A stretch of DNA of 64,000 nt from Octopus bimaculoides (GCF_001194135.2 NC_068995.1:23584613-23648612), one strand, 5' to 3'; shown: positions 49,109 through 62,364, counted from the first letter of the stretch. Notes: generated from the sequence alone by a model not told the origin. Numbers and translations: made by a program.

Positions 49109-51435
49109 TGTGTATGGTAGATAGAAGATTGCATGTATGTAAGAATGTAAATGAAGAAGACTGTCATATATTTGGCGTCTATGGACTACATTTATGATAT
49201 CTGCCACCCACCAATTTCAAATTTTTATGTTAACTATCTACGTATCTCTCTTCTACTTTGTTTCACTCTTGGTCTCCGCCTTTCTGTCTCTCTGTCTGTT
49301 TATCTCTGCCTGTCTCTCTTTCTCTCACTCCTTGTGTCTCACTCTCACTCACCCTCTCTCTTTCTCTTTGATGTAAGACATGACTGGATTATTCGACCAA
49401 CTACCTGACCAACAAGTATACAGATTATTATTATATAGAGATATTTTGAAAACTGAATGCCAAGAGTCGTATTATGTTTACAACTAGGTAATATAGCTTT
49501 CATGTCTAAATTCAGTTAAATGTGGCAGTAATCTTTTAAAACGGTTTGAAATATAATCTTAAATTGCCATAAAATTGTATTTTAAAGAGATAATATTTTT
49601 ATATGGTCATTTTCGATCCTGTAAAATTTTTGTGATAAAATTACAACTGACATCAAAGCAATATTAGTATTTTTACTTCTTAATAAAACAAACATGATGG
49701 ACTAAATTTTATGATAATTCACATCCTTATTCATCCAGATAACTTTACATACTACGATGAGAGGTTCTGTACGAAACGTAAAACAGCACCTATTTCTTGC
49801 ATCAATTTTATTCTAGTTTGTGCTCTCTTGGAATTTACTCTTTACCGACGTTGGTTATATCACGTTTTCTAGTAATTTGCACTATTGCAAAAATATATAA
49901 GCCGACTATATAATCTATATTTCAAGTAAAATGATACGGTGAAATCTCATATCCATTACACAAAAAATGAAGTGCCTCAATGCTGCTCAGAAGTTAATTC
50001 ATTTTAACTTTAATTTGTCTCCGGTCGAGCATACTTACTATCAAAAAGTACCATGAGGATCATTTTGCCTTACCAGTATGCGCAGAGTCAGAATCACATG
50101 ATCAAACTTATTTGCATGAGATTATACATGGATGTTTTAGGCGCTCTTTGCAGATAGATCGATTGCGTAGAAAATTCCTCGTTTGTACACACCACAGAAG
50201 TCACAACTATATATATGTGTCTTTGTATGTGTATGTATGTGTGTGGGGGGGAATATGTGTGTAAGTATGTACACATATGTATATATACATATATATACAT
50301 ATGTTAAATGAGAAAAGGGATGAAGAATCCAGGCGAAAAACTTGATAAGCTCCCTGAATAAAGATAAGTCAGGCTAACAAGACAAACTTGTGACAGATGT
50401 AGAAATCCAAGAAATCTGTAACTTAACAAATCGTCACCAGTTGAATTTGTAAACCCGAAGTTTGGTCACCAGTATGAATGAGTACCTGTATTATTATCTG
50501 AGAAGTAATTTCTTCTATATTTTATTCAATCGATCCATTATGAGATCAATTGGTAAATGTAATTATTCTTCGAGATTCTACATCGTTATCGGGAAGCGCG
50601 TAAATGCTGCCTGGAATAAAATGTATCCTTTAGATGTATATATACATTCGATTAGAGGCTGTGTTAGCCCCATGAAGGGATGGTTTCATCCAAGGAAATA
50701 CTGGTTTAATACCTAGTATTTTGGGAGAATTCATTTCCTTAAAATAATAGGTATATGTATAAGAAGAAAATGGAAATTGGGAAGTTAATAATTGTTTATT
50801 GTTACTGCTGTTAATATATATATTATTTTATAATAAAGGGTAAAAATCATAAATGATTTTAGCAGGGGTCTGAGCGGAAATAAAAACATTATGGGTAAAT
50901 TTTACAACTATTTTAATAATTATATAGATAAGCATAAGAAGGAATTAGCTTCTCCACGCTAAGCGTCTTTTGGCGTCTATTTTTCTAGCGCGTGGAAAAG
51001 CTTATAGCCAATCCCTTATTATAATTGTGTATATAATTATTAATATATATATATATATATATATATANNNNNNNNNNNNNNNNNNNNNNNNNNNNNNNNN
51101 NNNNNNNNNNNNNNNNNNNNNNNNNNNNNNNNNNNNNNNNNNNNNNNNNNNNNNNNNNNNNNNNNNNNNNNNNNNNNNNNNNNNNNNNNNNNNNNNNNNN
51201 NNNNNNNNNNNNNNNNNNNNNNNNNNNNNNNNNNNNNNNNNNNNNNNNNNNNNNNNNNNNNNNNNNNNNNNNNNNNNNNNNNNNNNNNNNNNNNNNNNNN
51301 NNNNNNNNNNNNNNNNNNNNNNNNNNNNNNNNNNNNNNNNNNNNNNNNNNNNNNNNNNNNNNNNNNNNNNNNNNNNNNNNNNNNNNNNNNNNNNNNNNNN
51401 NNNNNNATATATATATATGTATATATATATATATG

Positions 51436-51469
<34 letters not shown>

Positions 51470-51478
<9 letters not shown>

Positions 51479-51670
51479 TTGTGTGTCTGTGTTTGTCCCC
51501 CCAACGTCACTTGACAACCGATGCCGGTGTGTTTACGTCCCCGTAAATTAGCAGTTCGGTAAAAGAGACCGATAGAATAAGTACTAGGCTTACAAAGAAT
51601 AAGTCCTGGGTCGATTTGCTCGGCGGTGCTCCAGCATGGCCACAGTCAAACAAGTAAAAGAATAAAAGAG
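51470..51670 (+). mobile_element. SINE family II, 3' half
   Basis: tgtgtttgtcccc..cttgacaaccgatgccggtgtgtttacgtccccg...cagcatggccacagtcaaacaagtaaaagaataaaagag. Confidence 0.88.
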
Positions 51671-51714
51671 TATATATATATATATATATAGATAGATAGA
51701 TAGATAGATATATA

Positions 51715-51950
51715 TTATCAATTATTCTTTCAGTCATTAGTCTGCGGTAATGTTGTGGCACCGCCTTGAAGAATTTTATATCCGAATGAATTGACCCCAG
51801 GACGTTTTTTAGAAATATTTCTGGTACTTATTTCATCGGTTTCTTTTGCCGAACACACCATCACCGGTCGTCAAATGATGGTGGGAGGAGTGTAACACAG
51901 ACACAAAGACACACATACGCGCGCGCACATACACGCACACGCATACATAA

Positions 51951-52017
<67 letters not shown>

Positions 52018-52121
52018 TAGACGGGATCCTTTCAGTTTCAGTGTACCAAATCCTCTCAGAAACCTTGGGTCGGCCCAACGCACTTGCCCAAGTTGTCACG
52101 CAGTGTCACTAAACCCGAATC
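51715..52121 (-). mobile_element. SINE family II, diverged, tail-to-tail with the previous copy
   Basis: Recognisable tail, central (CA)n, and gacgggatcctttcagtttc...cacttgcccaag..cacgcagtg head region. Confidence 0.75.
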
Positions 52122-52254
52122 CCGGAGGATGAAAGGCCAAGTCAACCTCGGTGGAATTTGAACTCAGGATGTAAAGCATCTTGCCCGCGTAAGAGCTATT
52201 CTGTCACACAGACGCGTTTACTTTTTGCATAATATTGCTTATAAATTATGCTGC

Positions 52255-52450
52255 AAGTCCAGCAATTTAGAGGGAGATGTAAGTCGATGACAACGACCAA
52301 AGTACTCAACTGATACTTATTCTATCAGCCCTGAAATCGGGAAAGGCAAAGTAGAGCTCGACAGAATTTGAACTGAGCACATAAAGACCGACAAAATACC
52401 ATTAGGCATTATACCCAGTGTGCTAACTATTCTGCCAGCTCGCTGCCCTT
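52255..52450 (-). mobile_element. SINE family I, diverged (plus a fragment at 52122-52190)
   Basis: gaaaggcaaagtagagctcgacagaatttgaact...tgctaactattctgccagctcgctgccc. Confidence 0.78.
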
Positions 52451-52850
52451 TGTTATTGCATATTATTAGGAAAAGAAACACAATGTATTCTCCAGCCAAT
52501 GTATTGGGACTTCATAACTTTGGGTATGTCTACGGATCACAAATATGAATGAATACACAGATATGCATAACTGATTTTGTGTTGTCATTGAGCGCTGGAC
52601 GTGTTACCAGTTAAATTATTCCTTTAATTATAAAAATGAAGCACTTAAGAAACAATAGCAACATAAGTATTACTTTATTACTTTTCTAGTGTAACTGGTA
52701 ATGAAAGAATAAACAGTGAAAGAAATGAATCAAAGTATATCAGTAGAGGAAACAAATTCACTTCTGGTGAATGAGGATCTTCAAGAGTAAGACAAATTTT
52801 ATGATTCTTTCAATTTGTGAGATTTTTCTGATAAAAGATATCCTCTAACA

Positions 52851-53103
52851 CAAGTGTTCTCATCCATTTATTATCTATGGTCCCCTCTTGATGACTATTT
52901 TATTTTGGTAGACATCCCAGAGCCATTCAGTGTTTTTAAAAGAACCTAGCTGCTTCTTGCAAAACACACCAACACATGCATCTAAAACAAAATTTTTTCA
53001 GGGATCCTTTTGGGATCCCCAATCTACTGTTTTGCTGTGCGAACACTCAAAAATCTAATATGGATCCTCAGGAGCAAATATGGATCCTAGTAGAGAATCA
53101 CTG
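52851..53103. mobile_element. hAT (Charlie-type) MITE with an 8-bp TSD
   Basis: CTCTAACA at 52843-52850 and 53104-53111; termini caagtgttctc / gagaatcactg resemble CAGTG(G)TTCTC hAT TIRs. Confidence 0.85.
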
Positions 53104-53659
53104 CTCTAACATTTCTTCATGAAACTTTGAGGAATTGTCGTAATATTTCCTGCATTCTAAATATTCGAGTAACATTGTTTTGAACTAATATCTGTGATAA
53201 AAACAAGATAACTGAAAAACTTTTTCCACGAGTTAATCAAATATATACAGTCTGATTATTAAACTTGAAATACTATCACACACTAAATTAGAAAAAAAAA
53301 TCGCATCACAAATAATTCTGAAAATTTATGCAAAAATTATTCAGAAGATTCTACTAATCGTTTTCTCCTTCCACATTTCCTAATATATGTGAGTTTATGT
53401 GTGTGTCAGAGTGTGTGTGTACGTGTGTGCGTGTGTGCATGTGTGTGTGTGTATGTTATTTTTTTTTAGTTTAATTTAAGTTATTTTTGAGCGAGTTCGA
53501 GTTGGTCGCTGATAAAGCGACAAGTCTATTTGAGTTAAGACATTTCCCGGTGTTTGTAACTATGTGGATGAGTTGGTGTGTTGATTAAACTGTCGATGCA
53601 TACACTCAAGTGTGTGCATCTATTCACGTAAGATGCCATGGTGTATGTGTGTGTATGTG

Positions 53660-53905
53660 TTTGTGCGAATGTGTGTGTCTTCGTGTTTGTGTTTGTATCC
53701 CACGTCACCACTTTACAAATGCTGTTGGTGTGTTTACGTTCCTGTAATCTATCAGCTCACCAAAAGAGACAGATAGAATAAGTACTAGGCTTTAAAAAGA
53801 ATAAGTATCGGGGTTGATTTGTTGACAAATATCATTCAAAGGAGTGCTCCGGCATGGCCGCAGTCAAATGACTGAAACAAGTAAAAGAATTAAACAATAA
53901 AAGAA
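53660..53905 (+). mobile_element. SINE family II, 3' half, diverged
   Basis: gatagaataagtactaggcttt..cggcatggccgcagtcaaatgactgaaacaagtaaaagaat. Confidence 0.82.
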
Positions 53906-54209
53906 CATATATATATATATATACCTAGTATACTTTATTTTACCTTACTTTTCAGATATTTTAGAGACTTAAAACTATATATTTATTGATTCTAGAATGA
54001 ATTGAACACACACACACATATATTAAATCTTGCGTGCGATATACGGTAGTGTTCCTGTGGTCTTCCAGCCTTATGTATCCATTCTTACTATAATGTGTAT
54101 ATATATATACCTATATATATACATATATATATTTACATATATATATACATNNNNNNNNNNNNNNNNNNNNNNNNNNNNNNNNNNNNNNNNNNNNNNNNNN
54201 NNNNNNNNN

Positions 54210-54249
<40 letters not shown>

Positions 54250-54423
54250 TACCTTGATTCTGTGTGGACTAAGATCCCCGTTAATAGGCCGCTGGTATCT
54301 ATAGAGTGTTAAACACATACGGTATGTAAATTAGGGACTCCTTCATAGAATAACTGCAGCATTTGTTGAGTATATAGACAGTTTGGCTGCTACTTCTCTG
54401 GTGACTGTCAGAATGATGTAGAC

Positions 54424-54466
54424 GCCTCTGATAAGAACCCAATAAGGTTCGAAAATCGATTAAGGT
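54424..54466 (+). ncRNA. Minimal type I hammerhead motif, family G (G8 mutated)
   Basis: GCCT CTGATAA GAACC caataa GGTTC GAAA ATCGATT A AGGT: perfect 5-bp stem II, palindromic AATCGATT. Confidence 0.68.
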
Positions 54467-57170
54467 TATTCATTATTTTTTTTCAGTCTGCGGAGAAATG
54501 GTTAAAATGTGCTCGGTTTATAATTATAGCATATGTAACATTTATATACATTTGTACTTGAACATGAGGTACTTATTGGGAAGAGTAATTCATTTAATAG
54601 ATTTACATTGTGCTGTACAAGCGTTTATCACTATATTCCAATGTCATACAGATGTCTCATTATGGTACTTCATTGGTCATTCTCTGTACTGAAAATTGTA
54701 TGGCGATGGAGGTGTGGTGACATGTGCAGACGTAATTATTTGGAAGCGCATACTAAGCTAGAACCTATACTTTAGTCTATGAAGATCTGCAATCGATCTG
54801 AATACTCATCTGACGGTAAGTTAGAAATGCCATTGACAACGAAAAATTGGAAGAAGACGGCAATTATCTGTGAAGATGGATCAATCACCATATATGTGTA
54901 TGTATATGCGAGTGTGTCTGTCTATTTGTTATATGTGTTTATGCGTTTATGTATGGTTTAATATCATGTATCGTTTAAAGTTGCAACGTTAGATTCAATG
55001 AAATAATCTTAAAGATTACAATATGTAAAAGTAAAAGCGCGACAGCTACTCATAAGCCCAAATTATGAATGTGAGAAGTTGTGTGATATCCACGGTAAAA
55101 TCCTATAACTGGTCGACAGCGTCAGCCAATCTGTTTTGATAACAAGCTGAAGACTATTCGTTTTAGTTAAAATGCCAATATCTTTTGTATGTGCAAGCAC
55201 ATTGCCGCATCTCATTTACTGTCTCCATTAAACGCAGACATCTATAGCATATGTAATGAAAATACACAGATTTTATTGAAATAAATACTTCCCACTTAAT
55301 GAGACATGTAAAGAAATATGTTAGGTATACTAATTCGATAAATTTAAGCGAGCAACATGAAAATTGTGTTGTAAATTCTGTTTCAACCACTTTTCTAGTT
55401 ACAACAAAAATGGCTGGCTGCCAAATTTATACAGATATCCAGCGCCACGTAATGGAATGTTATTCAGTGCCTTTATGACCCACCCACCCACTTTTTACAC
55501 CTATGCGCAGCGCATCGCGTTACTTCGATTCAATCACGGGCCAATGGCGTCGTTGGACTAACAGATTATCATGAGGATGTATTAATAATGGGAAATTAGA
55601 ATACAACTATAATTAGACAGTAATTTATCAATCTCTGTCAAATGAATTGATTAAATGAAGGAAAGAAATGATCTCTTTAGAATTGCCATTATTCGTATAA
55701 ACATAGCTATATATCAGTGGGGAAGACTTATTAATTGCTATCCACATAAAAGGATCATATAATGCCATCAATCTTGCCTCTTCTAATTACCAAATTTCTT
55801 ATTAACCATATGCAATATGCTGAATGCTTAGCGACAAGGGAAATACAATATAAACTATCAAGATACACTAAAGTTTCTCTATATCATGCTTCACTGATTC
55901 TCGTTAAGAAATTTAGGAAACTCAAGCAAGTACTTTCTTATTTTCTATTTATTGATGTAAGCAAATATGAAACGTATGCTAATTTGGTACAAATAACACG
56001 TTGTAGTCAACTAGTATATAATGGAATGAACTGGATAAACAGAGGATAATGCATAAGATTATTGAATGTAATATTGTTCATCTCTAAGCCACATTAGTAA
56101 CTCAGGGGCTGAAAGGTTAGTGCGTCGCAGTAATATTAGAAGGAACTGTTAGGACCATTCAACATTACATTGAAATAATACACACATACGCACTAATATG
56201 TACACTCATAAACCCACTCATACATACATACATACATACATACACACTCATAATGTGGATAGATAGATAAACAGATAGACAGACAAACAGCTAGATAGAT
56301 AGATAGATAGATGGTTAAACATGTTGATATGCAAAACTTGAGGTCCTTACGAATTTGAATTTGTTGTGTAAATATCTTTTGGTATGATATCTTCAATGTT
56401 ATGAATGACAACTATACACAATAATACATGTAGTACAGTACCTCCTTCTCCGTACTTAAGTTCGTTTTGGACAGTTTCATACTTAAATTAAGGCGACGGA
56501 CAGTCTTATACTGGCCACAGAGGATTTTACATGTTTTGTACGCTGTCGGAAGAGAATGGTGTTTTTATTTAAAAACAGAACGTTGTTTAGTAACGCATTT
56601 GAGACGACTTATATTATATAAGGTGCCAATAGTTGGCTGATTCAATTTAATATTTGTCTGCAGAGAAATAATGTTCGAAATAATTTATAAATGATATGGA
56701 CGTCTGTTGCGTGTGAGGGTGTGCCTATGCGTGTGGGCGTATGTGTAAATTTAATGTTATAATTTTAAACTGAGTCAAATATAGCAACGGGAAAATTTAC
56801 TGATGGTTGACATAAAACTGAGAGTAGAACGTTTAGCTTCTTGTGACACGTTAACTGTTTGACGCCAGCGTTTGAATATATGTAAATTACAAACGTCATT
56901 CGTCTTGATTTTAAAAGAAGTTCGTAGGCATAACACTCCATTATTCAGACCCGCTTCATATGGCCCAGATATCTTGTAATATGATATGTTTTAATTTAAC
57001 TAGATTCCTTTGTTGGAAAATAGGATAATTTAAAGTTTGTGTTATTGTTGAGATCACCAGTGTTGTAGATGTTGATGACCAAACACTACTTTAGTTGGAA
57101 TTTGAAATTAAATAGCTAAAATATTTCCATCACTATAGGATTTATAGAACCTAGTAATGTTGATTTCAAA

Positions 57171-57373
57171 TATTGGCAAAAGACCAGCAATGTCGGGAGA
57201 GAGAGTAAGTCGATTACACTGACCCAGAGCTTGAGTGATATTTATTTTATATTCGAAAAAGTTGAAAGGCCAAGTCAAACGCGGCGGAATGTGAACACAG
57301 AACGTAGACACAAACGAAATGCTACAAAGCGCTTGGCCCAGTGTTGCTAACGCTTCTGCCAGCTCGCCGTCTT
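57171..57373 (-). mobile_element. SINE family I, diverged
   Basis: aagtcgattacactgaccc...gaaaggccaagtcaaacgcggcggaatgtgaacacagaacgtag...gctaacgcttctgccagctcgccgtctt. Confidence 0.8.
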
Positions 57374-58534
57374 CACACGTCTTATAATATTAGTTCTTAT
57401 ATAACGATTAGGAGTGAATGAATAGGACGATGTTAGTTAATACCCTTCCGTGCAATTACTCAAAGACTTGGCACGATATTATATTCATTTATTTACATGT
57501 ATCACTATAATATTCACGATTGACGCCAGCATATTGTATATATGTAATTGTACCGAATTTATTCTTATAATATCCTGTTGTTGTGTCTACGGAGAGCCAT
57601 TATCTCAAAAGAAAAATTCGAATAAACATATGTCATTGATAAGGTCACACGTAGCAACGAGAGGACTGAATCAACTTATTAACAAACCGTTGGACAGTTA
57701 GTTGGTAAAATAAAGAAGTGGTTTTGAGCAAGTGCGTGTGTTTATTTCAAGTTTTATTTTCGTAACAACTTTCCCTAGGCACAAGATTTTTTTCCCGAAT
57801 TCGCATCAGGGTATCTTGAAAACCAAATACAAAAACGAAGAAAAATTATTTTGACTTTCCATGTACACGAAATATTTGGAAATAAATAAAAATAGATTCA
57901 AAATGTAGAAACAAATTTATAGTAAAGGAAAATTTATTAAACATACTCGGTGATGGGCAAAGAGAGCAGCAAAAATGAAATTTCCTATTAAAGCCAAGTA
58001 AATGGAAACCAAATTACAAATTAGAAGATCGACATACGTAAGTAATCTTTGAAGTAAAAGAAAATATACTACGTGTCTGTCAACGTTAGATTCTTCACTA
58101 ACATTACTAAAGTGAAAGAAATAGCGGAGCATAATACAATCATTTACCATAACAACATCACATACCTAAGACAGCTAGTGAGATGTGTGTCACTCACATT
58201 TGTCTCTTCATGTACAAAAAAAATGTGGCTGATATTTCAGTGAATATGAATCCACATACATATTCATAATGTATTTCAAAGTAGAGGAATGTTGTCTTTT
58301 ATCTTTACATTATTTCTTTCATATTTTACGCACAAACAGAATCATACGTTTTAAATATATGAACATAGTTTCGCTTTGATCATACATCACTACATTAAAT
58401 TTATATGTGGACGTGTATGTGTACGTTATGATTAAAACAATTCTATACAAAAAGAAACAGATATTACTCCACATATATATTTGCATGTTTGTGTGGGAGT
58501 ATAGTGATTTGTGCTAATGATCGAAGCATGAATG

Positions 58535-58645
58535 CCCATGACGAAAATGATGACAACGACCACAAAAAATGGACAATGATGTTGATGGCGACGACGACGA
58601 CGATGATGAGAACGACGATGATCATGGTGGGAATCATGACGATGA
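58535..58645. repeat. Imperfect (GAC/GAT)n trinucleotide repeat
   Basis: Directly visible. Confidence 0.85.
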
Positions 58646-59956
58646 ATTAAGCAGGAGAAAGTGATAAAGTACAAGATGTGCCATTTATAATTCTGGTACC
58701 TAACTAGTCAATCAAAGACTAAACATCACAGACAGACTAATCATTGTTATCTAATTCGAATATTTAGTATGATTTTCATCTGTTTAAGAATAAGGATATC
58801 TGCACTATGATAGCTGAGTAATAAAAGTATTAGAAGCTTCTTTTCATGATGTTATTCTTGCAGTTTAATTATATCTATCTGTAAGTCTGAAGGTTATAAA
58901 TGATAACGCTGCACCGTTTTGAATATCAATGTCATAAACTAGTAATATCACCCGTGAATTTGATATCAGAATTGTCTTCCTTAAAATTTATCAAAGGAAA
59001 TACCTGCATTAAGGGACATTACTCAATTTATTTAGGTAAACTGTTTCAAACGTGACACTTCTAAGCCTTTATTCATTCATTGCTATATCTTTCGTGTATA
59101 CGACGGAACCGTACTTCTGCTGGAGGTGATGAAATCAGTTTCTTACCAAAGGTAATCTGTGTGTGATCTGTGAATTCGATCTAACTGTATGAAGTGCAGA
59201 TTTGGTCTAACTTAGAAGAGATTGTTCACTTCTATTATGAAAACTGCATTTCGGAATTCTACTCACCGATACTCGATATATAATGTTGACTTAGTTTATA
59301 TTTTGATTTGTTCTTCTGATGACACCAAATCTATTTAACATTCACTTGAAGTTTTTCTTCCTGTTATTTCAATGAACGGCTAGAATTACTGTAGTTCTTG
59401 GAGAATTCCTCCTTAAAAAGAAGGCACTTAACCATCGTTTCATACTGGATTTTACATCAATGGTATGTTGTGCATAATACCACATCCAAATAAACTGTTG
59501 TTTTATGTAATTCACTGAAACATGTAAAAGACTGCGCACGCATACACACATGCAAACTCACACCCTCTCTCTCTCTCCCACTCTCTCTTTCTCTCTTTCT
59601 CTCTAAGCGGTTCCTATTAAGACCAATCAAAAATTCTAATTCTGATTCACTATCGAGTGCCTGGTATTGTCTAAGGAAAAGATGAATTACCGGCATCCCC
59701 AATTAATCCAACTTAGCTCCGTGGGATTGTACCTTGGATTGTACAATAAGAGAGGTCGCTGGAAACAAATTCTAATTAAAGATGCAAAGAAAATGTATCA
59801 TCTGTATATATATATATATGTACATNNNNNNNNNNNNNNNNNNNNNNNNNNNNNNNNNNNNNNNNNNNNNNNNNNNNNNNNNNNNNNNNNNNNNNNNNNN
59901 NNNNNNNNNNNNNNNNNNNNNNNNNNNNNNNNNNNNNNNNNNNNNNNNNNNNNNNN

Positions 59957-59990
<34 letters not shown>

Positions 59991-60062
59991 TGCTTGGTCA
60001 CTTCAAACGAACTTTTGCAGAATTGGTTGGGGAGAATCCTAGTAGTAATTTAGCTGGCGTAC

Positions 60063-60120
60063 TTTGGCTGATGAGAAATCGGGCAACTATTTGGTGCTAA
60101 ATTTCGAAACCGGTACCGGG
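60063..60120 (+). ncRNA. Minimal type I hammerhead motif, family F (fully canonical core)
   Basis: TTTGG CTGATGA GAAAT cgggcaactatttggtgctaa ATTTC GAAA CCGGT A CCGGG: G10.1-C11.1 stem II, palindromic ACCGGT, predicted cleavage after A60115. Confidence 0.78.
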
Positions 60121-60391
60121 TTGACCAGCATTTACTTGTTCTGACCCAGTAGAGGTAAGCCATTATTATTGTTCACTGATATTTCTTCTTATCATGTTTG
60201 TAGTAGATTTGTGACTATTGGGTGGTACAGAAGTGTTTTTTTTTACTTCTAGTTTTAGCGATATAGGTACTCATGTAGTACCCTTGTGTATATATATGTA
60301 CATATCTAATATTGTATGTATATGTTTTATTAATTTGCCTGTACGGCTGATAATTCGCTTACCACTCGTGATGGTATTTTAGTAATATCAT

Positions 60392-60437
<46 letters not shown>

Positions 60438-60439
<2 letters not shown>

Positions 60440-60555
60440 GCTCAGGAGTGGCTGTCCGGGTTCAGTCCCACTGCGTGGCACATTGGGCAAATGTCTTCTA
60501 CTACAGCCTCGAGCTGACCAATGCCTTGTGAATGAATTTGGTAGACGGAAACATA
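60438..60555 (+). mobile_element. SINE family II, 5' part with internal deletion
   Basis: caggagtggctgt/ccgggttcagtcccactgcgtggcacattgggcaaatgtcttctact...tttggtagacggaaac. Confidence 0.85.
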
Positions 60556-62326
60556 TGTGCACGTGCGTGTGTATGTGTATTACTAATAGTGTGTATGTAT
60601 TTCTATTTGCTGCATCTTTAAATAATAAATATTTAGGCAAAGTTTGCTTCTTCCTGTTCATGTAACCAAGATCTACATGTAACAGGAAAGAACATATGAA
60701 TAGTTAGTTTGCTGAAAGACGTGGATAAATACAAAATAACAAGATATTAAACTTGCGAAATACATGTAGCAACGCAACAGCAGATACATGGTCTATGCAC
60801 AGGTTTCCATACCAAATGTGAAGCCTAACAATGGCATCTGTACTGACTGTACAATACAAATATATATCTTCGAAAATATGATAAGAATACATGGCGGAAA
60901 CATTTAAGTTTCCCTTTAACACCTTTCTACCAATTACAGCATTTGTAATTTTGCGTATCACTCAAAATCATAAACAAGTGTTTCTTAATGTTTATTATTA
61001 TTATTATTATTATTTTTGTCTGTGAGTTATTTAAATCTTTCTAGGTTCTTGCATTCCTAAATCTGATTCATCGTCTTACTTCCGGACTGAATCAACATTC
61101 TCTTTTTGGAAGTGCGATCGAAATACGAAGGCATTTTTACTTTTATACTGTGTAATACGTAGCGAAGTGTGGCATGAAATCCCTTGTGGTATTTGTCATG
61201 CATTGCTGCCGACTAAAGTCTACTTAGATGGCAAGGTGGTAAACTGAATTCACTGCCCGGTTTATTACCACTATATGACCTCGAATGTCTTTAAAGAACT
61301 TCATTCCTTTGAAAGCATTTGAAACAGGCCTCAGGGTTTGGAATACCTTCCTCGCTCAATTTCACTTCTCTCAGTGTCTCTGGAAAAGAAATACGAAAAA
61401 TAAATGGTCTTTTACCATTTATACCCACTTCCGATTATATGCTGCTGATCTCATCGCCAAGAACGACAAATACTACTGATCTACACTTTTGTATACTGAG
61501 TTGAAATAATCATAATCCATTGTAATAACTCTTTCTCAGTTCTGGAATATTTCATAGTTTTTTTTCGATGTTTTAACTTCAGGCATTTACATTTTGTGCT
61601 ACAAAATCAATGATCAACAGACCAGTTATGATTCTGATTTTGAAAATTTGATTTTGAAAACACTTGATTTTGAAAATACAGCGTCTGTGTGAAGGAATTT
61701 TTATCGCTACTAGGAATTCTAGACGAAAATAATGAATGGCAGATGCATATTATAAACAGAATCTTCACAACTAGTTGGGTAATATCAGACTGATAAATAA
61801 TAAATTCATCATGATAAATATGAACTATTTTCCGGCCTATTATTCTAGTATCCCAATGTTAGTTATCATATGGATTCAGCGTCGAAAATATGTAAAATCA
61901 ATAACCATTCCAAACTTTTGCAAGCCACCGAAGTGCTTACCAATTAACTAATCAATTTCGGTGTAACAGATGTATATAGCACCATGTCGGTCTGCTTCAT
62001 TGTTTATGTGTATGGCCATTTGCCTGTCTGTTCTCTATGAGTGTATACATATACATGCTTAGATTTCAATTCGACTGTCTATAAATAACGTGTCAGTTAT
62101 ATCAAGACAGCGCACAAAGATGGAGATTTACTGTTTCAACATTCTAGAGTATATTACATATATAGTTACGTACGTACGTGCATACATACATGCACGCATG
62201 CATATGTATATGCGCGTGTGTGTGTGTGCTTGTGTGTGTGTTTGTGTGTATATATATATGTGTGTGTGAGTGTGTGAGTGTGTGAGTGTGTGTGTGAGTG
62301 GGTTTGCGTGTGCGTGTGTGTGTGTG

Positions 62327-62364
<38 letters not shown>

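Noticed and set aside
50668-50725. Hammerhead-like motif (GGATG/CATCC stem, GAAA-TACTGG...CCTAGTAT)
   Set aside because: The core reads CCCATGA with two lesions and no convincing stem I can be drawn; possibly a decayed copy but unsupported.
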